Part shown: positions 17,197 through 25,021 of the stretch, piece after piece
Position numbering within the stretch: the first letter of the stretch is position 1
How the letters are laid out: each line of letters begins with the position of its first letter
IMG/VR virus record: IMGVR_UViG_3300044262_000006
Span: 1 to 36,399 of that record
Source: a virus
Lineage: Duplodnaviria; Caudoviricetes
Strand: one strand, 5' to 3'
DNA length: 36,399 bases
Made by a program: the position numbers and the translations under genes
The notes under the pieces: generated by a model
What the model saw: the letters and a program-made list of their open reading frames with translations, nothing else
What the model was told of the DNA's origin: nothing
Database searches by the model: none

Positions 17197-17867
17197 CGAT
17201 CGAGCCTCGTGCGGCGGGCCTTTATGTCGTAATAGACATTCTTTGACATCCCCAAAGCCAGCGCATCATCTTTAGTGATTTTTCCTGCGCGGATGTTGCA
17301 AACCATTTCCCAGGAGAATTTAGAGTTCCCATGAGCTAAGTTTCTGGTTTTTGCCTCTAGTTGGCTGTATGGGTTGAAATAATCTGCCCACGATCTGCCT
17401 GCTAGGATGTCCATCCAGTTGGCGACGCTAGTGCCGTACTTTTCCGCCAACTGGACCGCGGTCATGCCTGACCCTCGCCCCTCATTAACAATGGCCTGGG
17501 TTAACGGCGAACCATTACGCTTAGCGTGCTGTAGTTTTACCCTAGTTGAAACCCCTACTATTTTCCCTGCACTAATGTGCCGCATGTGAGCTTTAGTGCT
17601 GCGTATCATTAGATGATCTGGTGCGGTACAGTTTGGATTGGAGCACACCTTCTCATTCAGGACGACAACCTTACTCCTATCGTCCATGTCTAATAGCCCT
17701 GATGCCGCAAGTACGCCGCGCCGAAGCGGGTATTTTTTGCTGTTGAAGTTTGCCACATGAATGCCGCGCTTTTTGTTGGCGCGCACCCATATAAGCCAGC
17801 ATCCATCACTATTGAGCTTTGCTTTGCTCTTCACGTACTCAATAAATTCATGCCCGAGTTTGCTCAT
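17193..17867 (-). CDS. Degenerate HNH-like protein with HTH domains (paralog 2)
   Basis: DGCWLIW...CSNPNCTAPDHL; two C-terminal HTH-like modules. Confidence 0.7.
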   Translation of the reverse strand: MSKLGHEFIEYVKSKAKLNSDGCWLIWVRANKKRGIHVANFNSKKYPLRRGVLAASGLLDMDDRSKVVVLNEKVCSNPNCTAPDHLMIRSTKAHMRHISAGKIVGVSTRVKLQHAKRNGSPLTQAIVNEGRGSGMTAVQLAEKYGTSVANWMDILAGRSWADYFNPYSQLEAKTRNLAHGNSKFSWEMVCNIRAGKITKDDALALGMSKNVYYDIKARRTRLDR

Positions 17868-18898
17868 CCTATAATCCTCGCGTTAAAAGTTTCGCGCAAT
17901 CCGGCAACGTATTCATCGCCAGACGTGCATATTTCCGGATTTGCCAAAAGCTCACTGCTGGAATAGACGTTTCCTCTAGGCTCGCCATTCGCAACATCTT
18001 TACCATTCACTACATAGATTGCGGTCCATTGGTCTGCTCCATCCTTCCTTTCCCACGGCACTAGGTCAGGGTGGAGTACATGGCTTTCGCAGGCTTGGCG
18101 CTGAAACTCAACCGGTATTCCATCGGAATCGTGGCGCTCGCAACGCCAGGTGCTATCCTCCTTGGCAGTGCTATGCGCGCATGTGCGGCAGTTGACGTGC
18201 TGCGTTATTTTCGTGTCGTGACAAAAATCATACGCCGGGCATGTTTTACACTGGTGCCATGATGGATTAGTGCTAATAGGCTCTGGCATGCGGTCTGACA
18301 ACGCAATCCTGCGGCCGCGCTCTATGTATTTTTCAGCAGTGGCTTTATCGTAAGCCACGCGCTCGGTGTAGATGCGGTCGTCATCCTTACAGACGGCTAG
18401 ATATAATGCTCGGTCAATCTGTGTTCCGTGCATATACAGTTGCATTTGAACGTAGTGCTCAAATTTTGCTTCTTTTACTCCCTTATTTTGCAGTGCTATA
18501 AACACTTTTAGGCTGCATGTCTTAAATTCTGCTACATGGCGTTTTTTAGGCGCTTCCGGCACGCCTGATTCAATTATCGCGTCAACGCTCCCTGCAACGT
18601 GCGCGCCTAGATCGACGCGCGCCTGATTTTTTCCAATAGCATTCCTCACGTCCATGCCGATAGCGCGTAAATCTGCGACGATGTTTGCCTCCTCGGCGTG
18701 CCCGCGCCTAAATATGCGGATCACACGCCCAGGCGGCTTTTGCTGTACCGCCCAGCGAAATGACATCCACAGCCACCTATCGCATGAATGACCCAACACA
18801 CTGCACCCCATGTGCTCGCGCGGATGCTCGGCGCGGGCCTCGTGCGCCTTATCTATTAGCGCCTGTATGTCGTTAGTCGGCTTTGGGATGGCTGCCAT
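17864..18898 (-). CDS. Cas4-like PD-(D/E)XK exonuclease
   Basis: S.LGHSC, GSVDA..AEFKT, QMQLYM and CKTCPAYDFC (Fe-S-type cysteines). Confidence 0.85.
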   Translation of the reverse strand: MAAIPKPTNDIQALIDKAHEARAEHPREHMGCSVLGHSCDRWLWMSFRWAVQQKPPGRVIRIFRRGHAEEANIVADLRAIGMDVRNAIGKNQARVDLGAHVAGSVDAIIESGVPEAPKKRHVAEFKTCSLKVFIALQNKGVKEAKFEHYVQMQLYMHGTQIDRALYLAVCKDDDRIYTERVAYDKATAEKYIERGRRIALSDRMPEPISTNPSWHQCKTCPAYDFCHDTKITQHVNCRTCAHSTAKEDSTWRCERHDSDGIPVEFQRQACESHVLHPDLVPWERKDGADQWTAIYVVNGKDVANGEPRGNVYSSSELLANPEICTSGDEYVAGLRETFNARIIG

Positions 18899-18923
18899 GT
18901 TCTAGGCTCCTGTTAGTTTGATA

Positions 18924-18945
18924 CCGGCCGCCTTTCGACGGCCGG
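18924..18945 (-). terminator. GC-rich hairpin after DUF669 gene (terminator or processing/stability element)
   Basis: CCGGCCGUC-GAAA-GGCGGCCGG; no U-tract. Confidence 0.5.
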
Positions 18946-18953
18946 GTGCTAGG

Positions 18954-19451
18954 CTACTTTTTGGCGAGCCACGGTGGCAACGGCTTTCCTTCCTGCGCTG
19001 TGGCAGACTGCGCGCTGGCAGGAGGCGCCATAATAGGCGCGCTGCCTCCTACCGCTGCCTTATACCCTTTCACTTCGTTTTGCGCGGCGTATTGTTCTGT
19101 TGCCGCCCGGACATCAAGCTTAATTTGTAGGCTCCCGCCGATCAGTTGATCGGTGTCTTCGACGCGCGTTAGCCCGATGCTGCGCATCAGGTCGCCTAGT
19201 TGCTGACGGCCAATCTCTTCGGCTTTTGCGCTGGCGTTTTTAATGTTCAAGTTGCCGAACACAACGCGCCCTTGATGCGTTGGGCCGGTAATATCAAACC
19301 GCAGTTTGATGTACTGCCCGGACCCGTCTTTAGTTGGCGTCAGGTCAGCCTTAGCAATTGTCGCGCCATACCACCCAGGCGGGAGCGGGTCAAAGCTACC
19401 CATTCCTTGAGGAAGGTCTTTTTCGTCAAACGATTGGCCTAAAAATGCCAT
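18954..19451 (-). CDS. DUF669-family putative ssDNA-binding protein
   Basis: FDPLPPGWY...GRVVFGNLNI...NEVKGY; Pro/Ala tail ending PPW; near Sak4-like gene. Confidence 0.8.
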   Translation of the reverse strand: MAFLGQSFDEKDLPQGMGSFDPLPPGWYGATIAKADLTPTKDGSGQYIKLRFDITGPTHQGRVVFGNLNIKNASAKAEEIGRQQLGDLMRSIGLTRVEDTDQLIGGSLQIKLDVRAATEQYAAQNEVKGYKAAVGGSAPIMAPPASAQSATAQEGKPLPPWLAKK

Positions 19452-19455
19452 GGTA

Positions 19456-19860
19456 TTACTCCTTGGTGGTTATTGAAAATGAAGGGCGGCCAGGCTTGGC
19501 CGTTACTGCTACTGCAAAAGGCTTAGTGATTGCATCGCTTGCAGATTTCCACGCGGCCATATTGATTTCAGGTTTCCAGCGAAACAAACTGCCAAGATGC
19601 TCTGTTAGCCCGTACTCTGCTGCTATTTCCTGCAACTTGTCACCATCTACTTTACGATCAATGCGGCCAACTATCTTTAGCATGTATAGGCCGCCGTCTA
19701 CAGTCTCTGTACCGTCCAATGTTTCAGGTATGCCGACAATCTCCTTCATGCGATCCTCAACAGTTCGCCGCGCCGCGATTGCATTGGATTCGGCCTGTTT
19801 TGCATCGATCCACTGTTTAGCCAGCATGTCAATTAGTGTCTCTTTGGCGACGATTGTCAT
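19456..19860 (-). CDS. Conserved phage hypothetical protein in recombination module
   Basis: LFRWKPEIN...KPGRPSF; lies between Sak4-like and SSB-like genes. Confidence 0.7.
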   Translation of the reverse strand: MTIVAKETLIDMLAKQWIDAKQAESNAIAARRTVEDRMKEIVGIPETLDGTETVDGGLYMLKIVGRIDRKVDGDKLQEIAAEYGLTEHLGSLFRWKPEINMAAWKSASDAITKPFAVAVTAKPGRPSFSITTKE

Positions 19861-20048
19861 TGTTTCCTCGCTTCCAACATTGCGTCTGCGATAATGTATG
19901 CACTCTTGGCAATAGCGTGCGCGTCATCATCTGAGCTTGAATATATAATTCCCTCCATTGCCTTTGCTGCGAAGTAGTCGCGCATGCTTATTTCATGCCC
20001 GCTCGATGACCTAAATTGCGTTTTGAGATAATCTATCCCTCTACTCAT
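19857..20048 (-). CDS. Small conserved phage protein (RDYFAAKAM motif)
   Basis: SMRDYFAAKAMEG...AYIIADAMLEAR; start 20048 overlaps Sak4-like stop. Confidence 0.75.
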   Translation of the reverse strand: MSRGIDYLKTQFRSSSGHEISMRDYFAAKAMEGIIYSSSDDDAHAIAKSAYIIADAMLEARKQ

Positions 20049-20721
20049 TTTTGCCACCGATCTTTGCAATAACACCGCCAAGGTCTGGCGCCTCCCACGA
20101 GGCAAGCTTTCCGCTGCGGTCCTTGGCCAGCCACAGCCCATCGCTGTCACACATAAGGGCTCGCTGCGTTGTGCCTTCGGCGTCTTTCTCAACCCGAAGC
20201 GCTAGTACCTCATCGAAGTAATAAGGGAGAGCCTGGCCTGTTTTATTTCCCGGCATGCTCGGCGCATAAAGCATGCGGCCCATTTCGTCCTGCGATTTTT
20301 CAAGCTTGGCGCTCATATAAACATGGCGGCCTGGCAGATCGCGGAACCCACGGATAATGTCCGCCATCTGCTCTTGCATGGCGCCGTAGGCTTGGCGCGG
20401 GTCTTTGGCGACCTTCTTCTCAGCGTTTAGCACAACCTCTGCGATCTCGCTGATGCTGTCCAAGGCCACGGACTGATACTTCTTAGCCTCTGCGCTTTCT
20501 GTGAGCCACGAGTAGGCCTCGCGTAGCGTCGCCATGTCGCAGACCTCGATATAAGGCAGGTCGGCATCCTGAATCGACATTAGTCCGCCCTCTGCAGACA
20601 GCACAATGACGTTTGGCAGTGTGCCGATTAAGCTCGTTTTCCCTGCGCCTGCTTGCCCGTAGACAAGCACTTTGACCCCGTTGGCGGCAAGCCCGCCAGT
20701 CGTCTTGATATTGATAGCCAT
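20041..20721 (-). CDS. Sak4-like AAA_24 NTPase (recombinase)
   Basis: KVLVYGQAGAGKT Walker A; VALDSISE Walker B; AKDRSG. Confidence 0.88.
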   Translation of the reverse strand: MAINIKTTGGLAANGVKVLVYGQAGAGKTSLIGTLPNVIVLSAEGGLMSIQDADLPYIEVCDMATLREAYSWLTESAEAKKYQSVALDSISEIAEVVLNAEKKVAKDPRQAYGAMQEQMADIIRGFRDLPGRHVYMSAKLEKSQDEMGRMLYAPSMPGNKTGQALPYYFDEVLALRVEKDAEGTTQRALMCDSDGLWLAKDRSGKLASWEAPDLGGVIAKIGGKNE

Positions 20722-20770
20722 CTTCAACCCTCTTTATCTGCGCCTTCGGCCTATTCCGTTCGCGCAGTGC

Positions 20771-20804
20771 TTGCATTCTAGCGCACAAATAACCTACAAT
20801 GCAA
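20771..20804. promoter_or_regulatory. Overlapping divergent sigma-70 promoters
   Basis: Plus strand TTGCAT-N18-TACAAT; minus strand TTGCAT-N18-TAGAAT; 11-bp near-perfect inverted repeat. Confidence 0.75.
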
Positions 20805-20829
20805 CAACTTTTTTAGCGAGGGTGAAAAA

Positions 20830-21015
20830 ATGTTTACAGCGGAACAGATACGACATCAACTCCAAGACGCCAACCTGCGCAAGGTGGCAGAGCGCATGGA
20901 CTTGAACTACATGACCATCTACCGATTCATGCAGGGCGAAACCAACCCGTCTTACACCACCGTGAAGGCGTTGTCGGACTATTTGGTGGAGCGTGCGCAG
21001 GTGGCGAATGACTAG
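20830..21015 (+). CDS. Cro/XRE-type HTH regulator
   Basis: NLRKVAERMDLNYMTIYRFMQGETNPSYTTVKAL; GAGGG RBS. Confidence 0.88.
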   Translation: MFTAEQIRHQLQDANLRKVAERMDLNYMTIYRFMQGETNPSYTTVKALSDYLVERAQVAND

Positions 21016-21214
21016 CCTACTTGCAAAACCTTGCGTCAAGTGTGGCGCAGTTGATAGGTATGCAAATGGTGCGTGTAAACCTTGCAAGAATGTGCGCTTG
21101 GAGGAACTAGCGAAGATTTCAATCTTCAACTTTTGCGGCCAGAATGCAATCTTAAAAAAGGCGCAAAGCATCCAATTGAATATATGCAAAGCATGGGAGG
21201 TTTGTTGTGAGTAA
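21008..21214 (+). CDS. Small zinc-finger protein
   Basis: KPCVKCG...RYANGACKPC; overlaps both neighbours. Confidence 0.55.
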   Translation: MTSLLAKPCVKCGAVDRYANGACKPCKNVRLEELAKISIFNFCGQNAILKKAQSIQLNICKAWEVCCE

Positions 21215-23027
21215 TGGGAATTTAAGCACTATCCTAGGCGGCCCGTGGTCGCCACCACCGGAAAAGCGCATCGCGCCACCCGAAGAACAACTGATCGACG
21301 CCATCCGGGCGGCTGGACTGGAACCGCCAGACCAGATCATCATGGACGGCAAAATTCACCGCTTTAAGTCCAGCACCAAGGGCAGCGGCAACAAGGGCGG
21401 CGACAAGCCGGGCTGGTACTTAATCTTCGGCGATGGTGTCCCGGCCGGGCGCTTCGGATGCTGGCGCTTGGGGTTTGAATCGCCTTGGCGCGCGGATGTT
21501 GGCCGCAAACTCACGGCCACAGAGGAAATGGCCCACGCCAAGCGCATCGCAGAGGCTAAAGCGATCCGCGACGCGGAACTTGAGCGCCAGCACGAGGTGG
21601 CATCGGCCACCGTAGAGACAATCTGGCAGCAGGCCCAGGCGGCTCACCCAGAACACCCATACCTCACCCGCAAAGGCATCGGCGTGCACGGAGCGCGTGT
21701 AACCGGCGACGGTCGCTTGGTGGTGCCTCTGTATGGTCAAGACGGCGGCCTCTCCAGCCTACAGTACATCAGCCATGACGGCAGCAAGCTATACCACCCT
21801 GGCGGCCAAACAGGCGGCAAATTCTGGATGCTTGGCACCATGGACGAGCCTGGAACACTGTTTGTGGCCGAGGGCTTTGCAACGGCAGCAACCATCCATG
21901 AGACCACCGGCAGGCCGGTGGTGGTGGCCTACAGCGCCAGCAATCTTGTGCCGGTTACTTCAGTCCTACGCGATAAGTACGGTGCGACCCAGGACATTGT
22001 GATCGTGGCCGACAACGATGCGTCTGGGGTTGGCCAACGCTACGCGGAGCAAGCATCGGCCAAGTTCGGCGCGCGAATGGTCATGCCCCCATTGCAAGGG
22101 GATGCAAATGATTATGCTCAGGCTGGGCACGACTTGGCCAGCCTGTTGCTGCCGCCAGACGACGACTGGCTGATCCCGGCCGACGACTTCTCAGCCCAGC
22201 CAGCCCCCATCTCCTGGTTGGTTAAGCGCTGGATTCAGGACCAAGCTCTGATAATGGTACACGGTCCATCGGGCGGCGGCAAAACCTTTGTGGTTTTGGA
22301 TTGGTGCCTGCGCATGGCCAGCGGCATGGCCGAGTGGTGCGGCCAGAAGGTGCGGCACGGCAACGTGGTCTATCTGGCTGGTGAAGGCCACCACGGCCTG
22401 CGCGGACGGATCGCAGCCTGGAAGCACCACCACAGAGCGGGGAGTTTGTCCATGTGGCTATCCAAAGACGGCTGCGACCTAAACACCCCAACCGGCTACC
22501 TCAAGGTAGTAGAGCAGGTCAGGATGCTGCCCAACACTCCGAAGGTGATCGTTGTTGACACCCTACACCGCTTCCTAGCCGGTGATGAGAATAGCGCCCA
22601 GGACGCCAAGACCATGCTGGACGCCTGCAACAGTCTTATGAATGAGTTTCATTGCAGCGTGATCCTGGTGCACCACACCGGCGTGGCCGAGGAAGCCCAG
22701 CACCGGGCGCGCGGCTCAAGCGCCTGGCGAGGCGCGCTGGACATCGAAATTAGTATCGTCCCAGGCAAAGACGACCTGCCTATGCAGATCGTGCAGCGCA
22801 AGTCCAAAGACGCAGAACTGGCCAAAACGGTCTACGTGGAGTTGCAACAGGTCACCATCCCAGGCTGGATGGACGAGGACGAGCAGCCAGTCCAATCGGC
22901 CGTTGTGGTCGAAGCAGCGTCCCATTTGGCGGCAAAAAAGGAATCAAAATTCAGCTCAGAAATGCGCGTATTTGAAAATGCTTGGCGGGCAACACAAGCC
23001 GAAACAAGACATCAAAAACTACCCTAA
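21207..23027 (+). CDS. TOPRIM primase fused to RepA-like (AAA_25) helicase
   Basis: HPYL.RKGI, AEGFAT, VADND, DAND; HGPSGGGKT, VVDTL, LVHH, ARGSSA. Confidence 0.93.
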   Translation: MSNGNLSTILGGPWSPPPEKRIAPPEEQLIDAIRAAGLEPPDQIIMDGKIHRFKSSTKGSGNKGGDKPGWYLIFGDGVPAGRFGCWRLGFESPWRADVGRKLTATEEMAHAKRIAEAKAIRDAELERQHEVASATVETIWQQAQAAHPEHPYLTRKGIGVHGARVTGDGRLVVPLYGQDGGLSSLQYISHDGSKLYHPGGQTGGKFWMLGTMDEPGTLFVAEGFATAATIHETTGRPVVVAYSASNLVPVTSVLRDKYGATQDIVIVADNDASGVGQRYAEQASAKFGARMVMPPLQGDANDYAQAGHDLASLLLPPDDDWLIPADDFSAQPAPISWLVKRWIQDQALIMVHGPSGGGKTFVVLDWCLRMASGMAEWCGQKVRHGNVVYLAGEGHHGLRGRIAAWKHHHRAGSLSMWLSKDGCDLNTPTGYLKVVEQVRMLPNTPKVIVVDTLHRFLAGDENSAQDAKTMLDACNSLMNEFHCSVILVHHTGVAEEAQHRARGSSAWRGALDIEISIVPGKDDLPMQIVQRKSKDAELAKTVYVELQQVTIPGWMDEDEQPVQSAVVVEAASHLAAKKESKFSSEMRVFENAWRATQAETRHQKLP

Positions 23028-23182
23028 ATAACCCTTTACAACCCAAATGAATATACTATATACTATCGGCAGGGTAGTTGAGGGTGGCAAAAATACCGAA
23101 AACTACCCTCCCCTACCCATACTCCTATACCCCCAGTTAGTGAAACTGGGGTATAGGTGAAGGGTAGGAGGGTCGTTCGGTA
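23017..23182. other. Putative replication origin: AACTACCCT repeats, AT-rich spacer and ~90-nt imperfect hairpin
   Basis: AACTACCCT at 23017 and 23101, inverted at 23071; hairpin 23094-23182; adjacent to primase-helicase. Confidence 0.6.
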
Positions 23183-23205
23183 ATGCGGTCAACTTTGGAG
23201 AAGCT

Positions 23206-23448
23206 ATGAGCTTGGGAAAAAATGGGCCAAGACCCTACATCAGCGAAAGCGGTTTGAAAAATCATTTGGAAAATCAGGGCTACTCTGCCGCCAAGATTCG
23301 TAAGGCAGTGGACCCGTCAAACGGAGATGGCCTGGTTGGCGGATTGCTGCAAGCCAACATGATCGAGCCGTTTGAACATGGATGGATTGTCATTGATGAC
23401 ACATGGGCCAGCGCCATGATGCTTAGCAAAGACGGGGAAGCCCGATGA
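23206..23448 (+). CDS. Probable detached C-terminal (winged-helix-like) domain of the primase-helicase
   Basis: PYISESGLKNHL...LLQANMIEPFEHGWIV; own GGAG RBS; resemblance to homolog C-termini is from recollection only. Confidence 0.6.
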   Translation: MSLGKNGPRPYISESGLKNHLENQGYSAAKIRKAVDPSNGDGLVGGLLQANMIEPFEHGWIVIDDTWASAMMLSKDGEAR

Positions 23449-24020
23449 ATCAGAAATTTTTTTATAGGCTGGCCTTGCACCTTGGCGCTTTACCAGATAG
23501 CATAGACTTCATTGTTAAACGCGATGATTTCGTGGAATGGATGAGATCACAAGGCTACGCAGAGCGAACAATCAACAACCATGCAGCACCATCAAGGCAA
23601 GGAGGAATCATCAATCAGCTCATGGCTGATGGCTTGATCGTGGATGGCGGCGTAAAGCGATGGCTCATCCCATGCGTTCAAAAATTAAACACACAAAAAC
23701 CCACAAAAACAAAAAAATCAACAATCACAAAACTGTTCGCAGGAAATCCACCTGATGCAGATGGATGGATTACCAGTACGCGACTGGACAATGACGATGA
23801 GCCGGGTTTAGAGTGGCGTCTATACCGCAAGGAATATTCCCCAAAATGCAACAACCTAAAAGTTGTGGCCATTGGGAAACGAGTCCCACACAAAGCAAAC
23901 TACTGGATGCAGTCCAAAAACGGCAAGGCGTTGATGACAAAAGATGCCATGCTTCTAAAACAACATCGACCAGATATTTTTAACAACCTCTGCGAGGAAT
24001 TAGAGGAATTGGATTCATGA
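23445..24020 (+). CDS. Hypothetical protein; N-terminal half resembles 23206-23448
   Basis: MRSQGYAERTINNHAAPSRQGGIINQLMADGLI vs LENQGYSAAKIRKAVDPSNGDGLVGGLLQANMI. Confidence 0.65.
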   Translation: MNQKFFYRLALHLGALPDSIDFIVKRDDFVEWMRSQGYAERTINNHAAPSRQGGIINQLMADGLIVDGGVKRWLIPCVQKLNTQKPTKTKKSTITKLFAGNPPDADGWITSTRLDNDDEPGLEWRLYRKEYSPKCNNLKVVAIGKRVPHKANYWMQSKNGKALMTKDAMLLKQHRPDIFNNLCEELEELDS

Positions 24021-24373
24021 CAACAACCAACGAAACCCAAGTCTGCGCCCCAGACGTAAACCAGATGCTGGCCGAGCGCGGAAACAGGTACGGCAGCTTT
24101 GAAGGCCATGCCAGGATCAGCCAGGAACTCAAGGCAGTGATGACAGGATCAGAAGGATGGGACAGACTGGCGGCAGACCAGAAAGAGGCTCTGGAAATGG
24201 TGCAGCACAAGGTGGCCAGGATTTTGAATGGCAATCCGAACTGGCACGATTCGTGGCTTGACGTTGTCGGCTACGCCACCTTGGTGACAAGCCGGCTGGA
24301 AAAAGAGCACAATGCAGCCAGTAAACTAATCCACTGCGACAACCACCTGGATGTCAACCTGCCAGAAAATTAA
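24017..24373 (+). CDS. DUF6378-like protein (nucleotide-modification-associated family)
   Basis: LAERGNRYG.F...HKVARILNG.P...DSWLDVVGYATL. Confidence 0.75.
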   Translation: MTTTNETQVCAPDVNQMLAERGNRYGSFEGHARISQELKAVMTGSEGWDRLAADQKEALEMVQHKVARILNGNPNWHDSWLDVVGYATLVTSRLEKEHNAASKLIHCDNHLDVNLPEN

Positions 24374-24438
24374 ATCCAGCAAAAAGACGGCAAAAAAACA
24401 GACTTTTCAACAGATCAAAAAATCAGCAAGGGGGAATA

Positions 24439-24603
24439 ATGGCGACACCATCAACATCATGGAGTAACGAAATGACCCTCGACAAAGTGATAATAGGCAT
24501 CCTAGGCGTTTTAACGGCCATCCTGATGTTTTTTTTGTACGGATGGGCCTGGATACCTCTGGCGGTGATTGCGGCGATCCTGGAGGCTAAAAATGGCTCG
24601 TAA
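24439..24603 (+). CDS. 54-aa membrane protein (not in ORF track)
   Basis: ...MTLDKVIIGILGVLTAILMFFLYGWAWIPLAVIAAILEAKNGS; GGGGG RBS; alternative start 24472. Confidence 0.55.
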   Translation: MATPSTSWSNEMTLDKVIIGILGVLTAILMFFLYGWAWIPLAVIAAILEAKNGS

Positions 24604-25021
24604 GCATACTGAACCAAAAAGCAAGGAACGGGAAGATGTTGCCGAGATTGTCTTGGCCGGAATGCGGGCAGGGCTGAGCGCATTCAAAGCGTGCGAAAAG
24701 GCCGGCGTCCCGCAAAGCACGTTTTGTAGGTGGGTGGATGACGATCCCGCCCTAGCGGAACGCTACGCGCACGCGCGCGATGATTTGATAGACCGCATCG
24801 CCAACGAAATCATGGAGTTAAGCGACGCAGACGTTGGCATGACGCCGGACGGAAAAAGAGATTGGGCCGCTGTGCAAAAGCATAGGCTGCAAGTAGATAG
24901 CCGTAAGTGGTTGCTATCAAAGCTTGCCCCGAAGAAGTATGGGGAAAAGCTAGAGCTTTCTGGAGACCCGGATAGGCCGGTGGCGATCCAGAAAATTGAG
25001 CGCGTTGTAGTCAAAAAGTGA
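24593..25021 (+). CDS. terS: Terminase small subunit (Sf6 gp1-like)
   Basis: HTH, YAHAR, RLQVDSRKWLLSKLAPKKYGEK; GGAGG RBS; precedes terL. Confidence 0.88.
   Translation: MARKHTEPKSKEREDVAEIVLAGMRAGLSAFKACEKAGVPQSTFCRWVDDDPALAERYAHARDDLIDRIANEIMELSDADVGMTPDGKRDWAAVQKHRLQVDSRKWLLSKLAPKKYGEKLELSGDPDRPVAIQKIERVVVKK

Noticed and set aside
14812-18898. CRISPR mini-array associated with the Cas4-like gene
   Set aside because: Repeats are 60 bp separated by whole genes (188 and 1,882 bp); no other cas genes; solo Cas4-like nucleases are common in phage recombination modules.
19857-20192. 111-aa version of the RDYFAAKAM gene and other extended starts (207, 7574, 9329, 24569, 28296)
   Set aside because: Extensions overlap upstream genes; downstream ATGs have better RBS or stop-start coupling.
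23028-23205. Self-splicing intron or IS in the primase gene
   Set aside because: Too short, no recognisable group I/II core, no transposase; kept instead as an origin/fission/bypass hypothesis.
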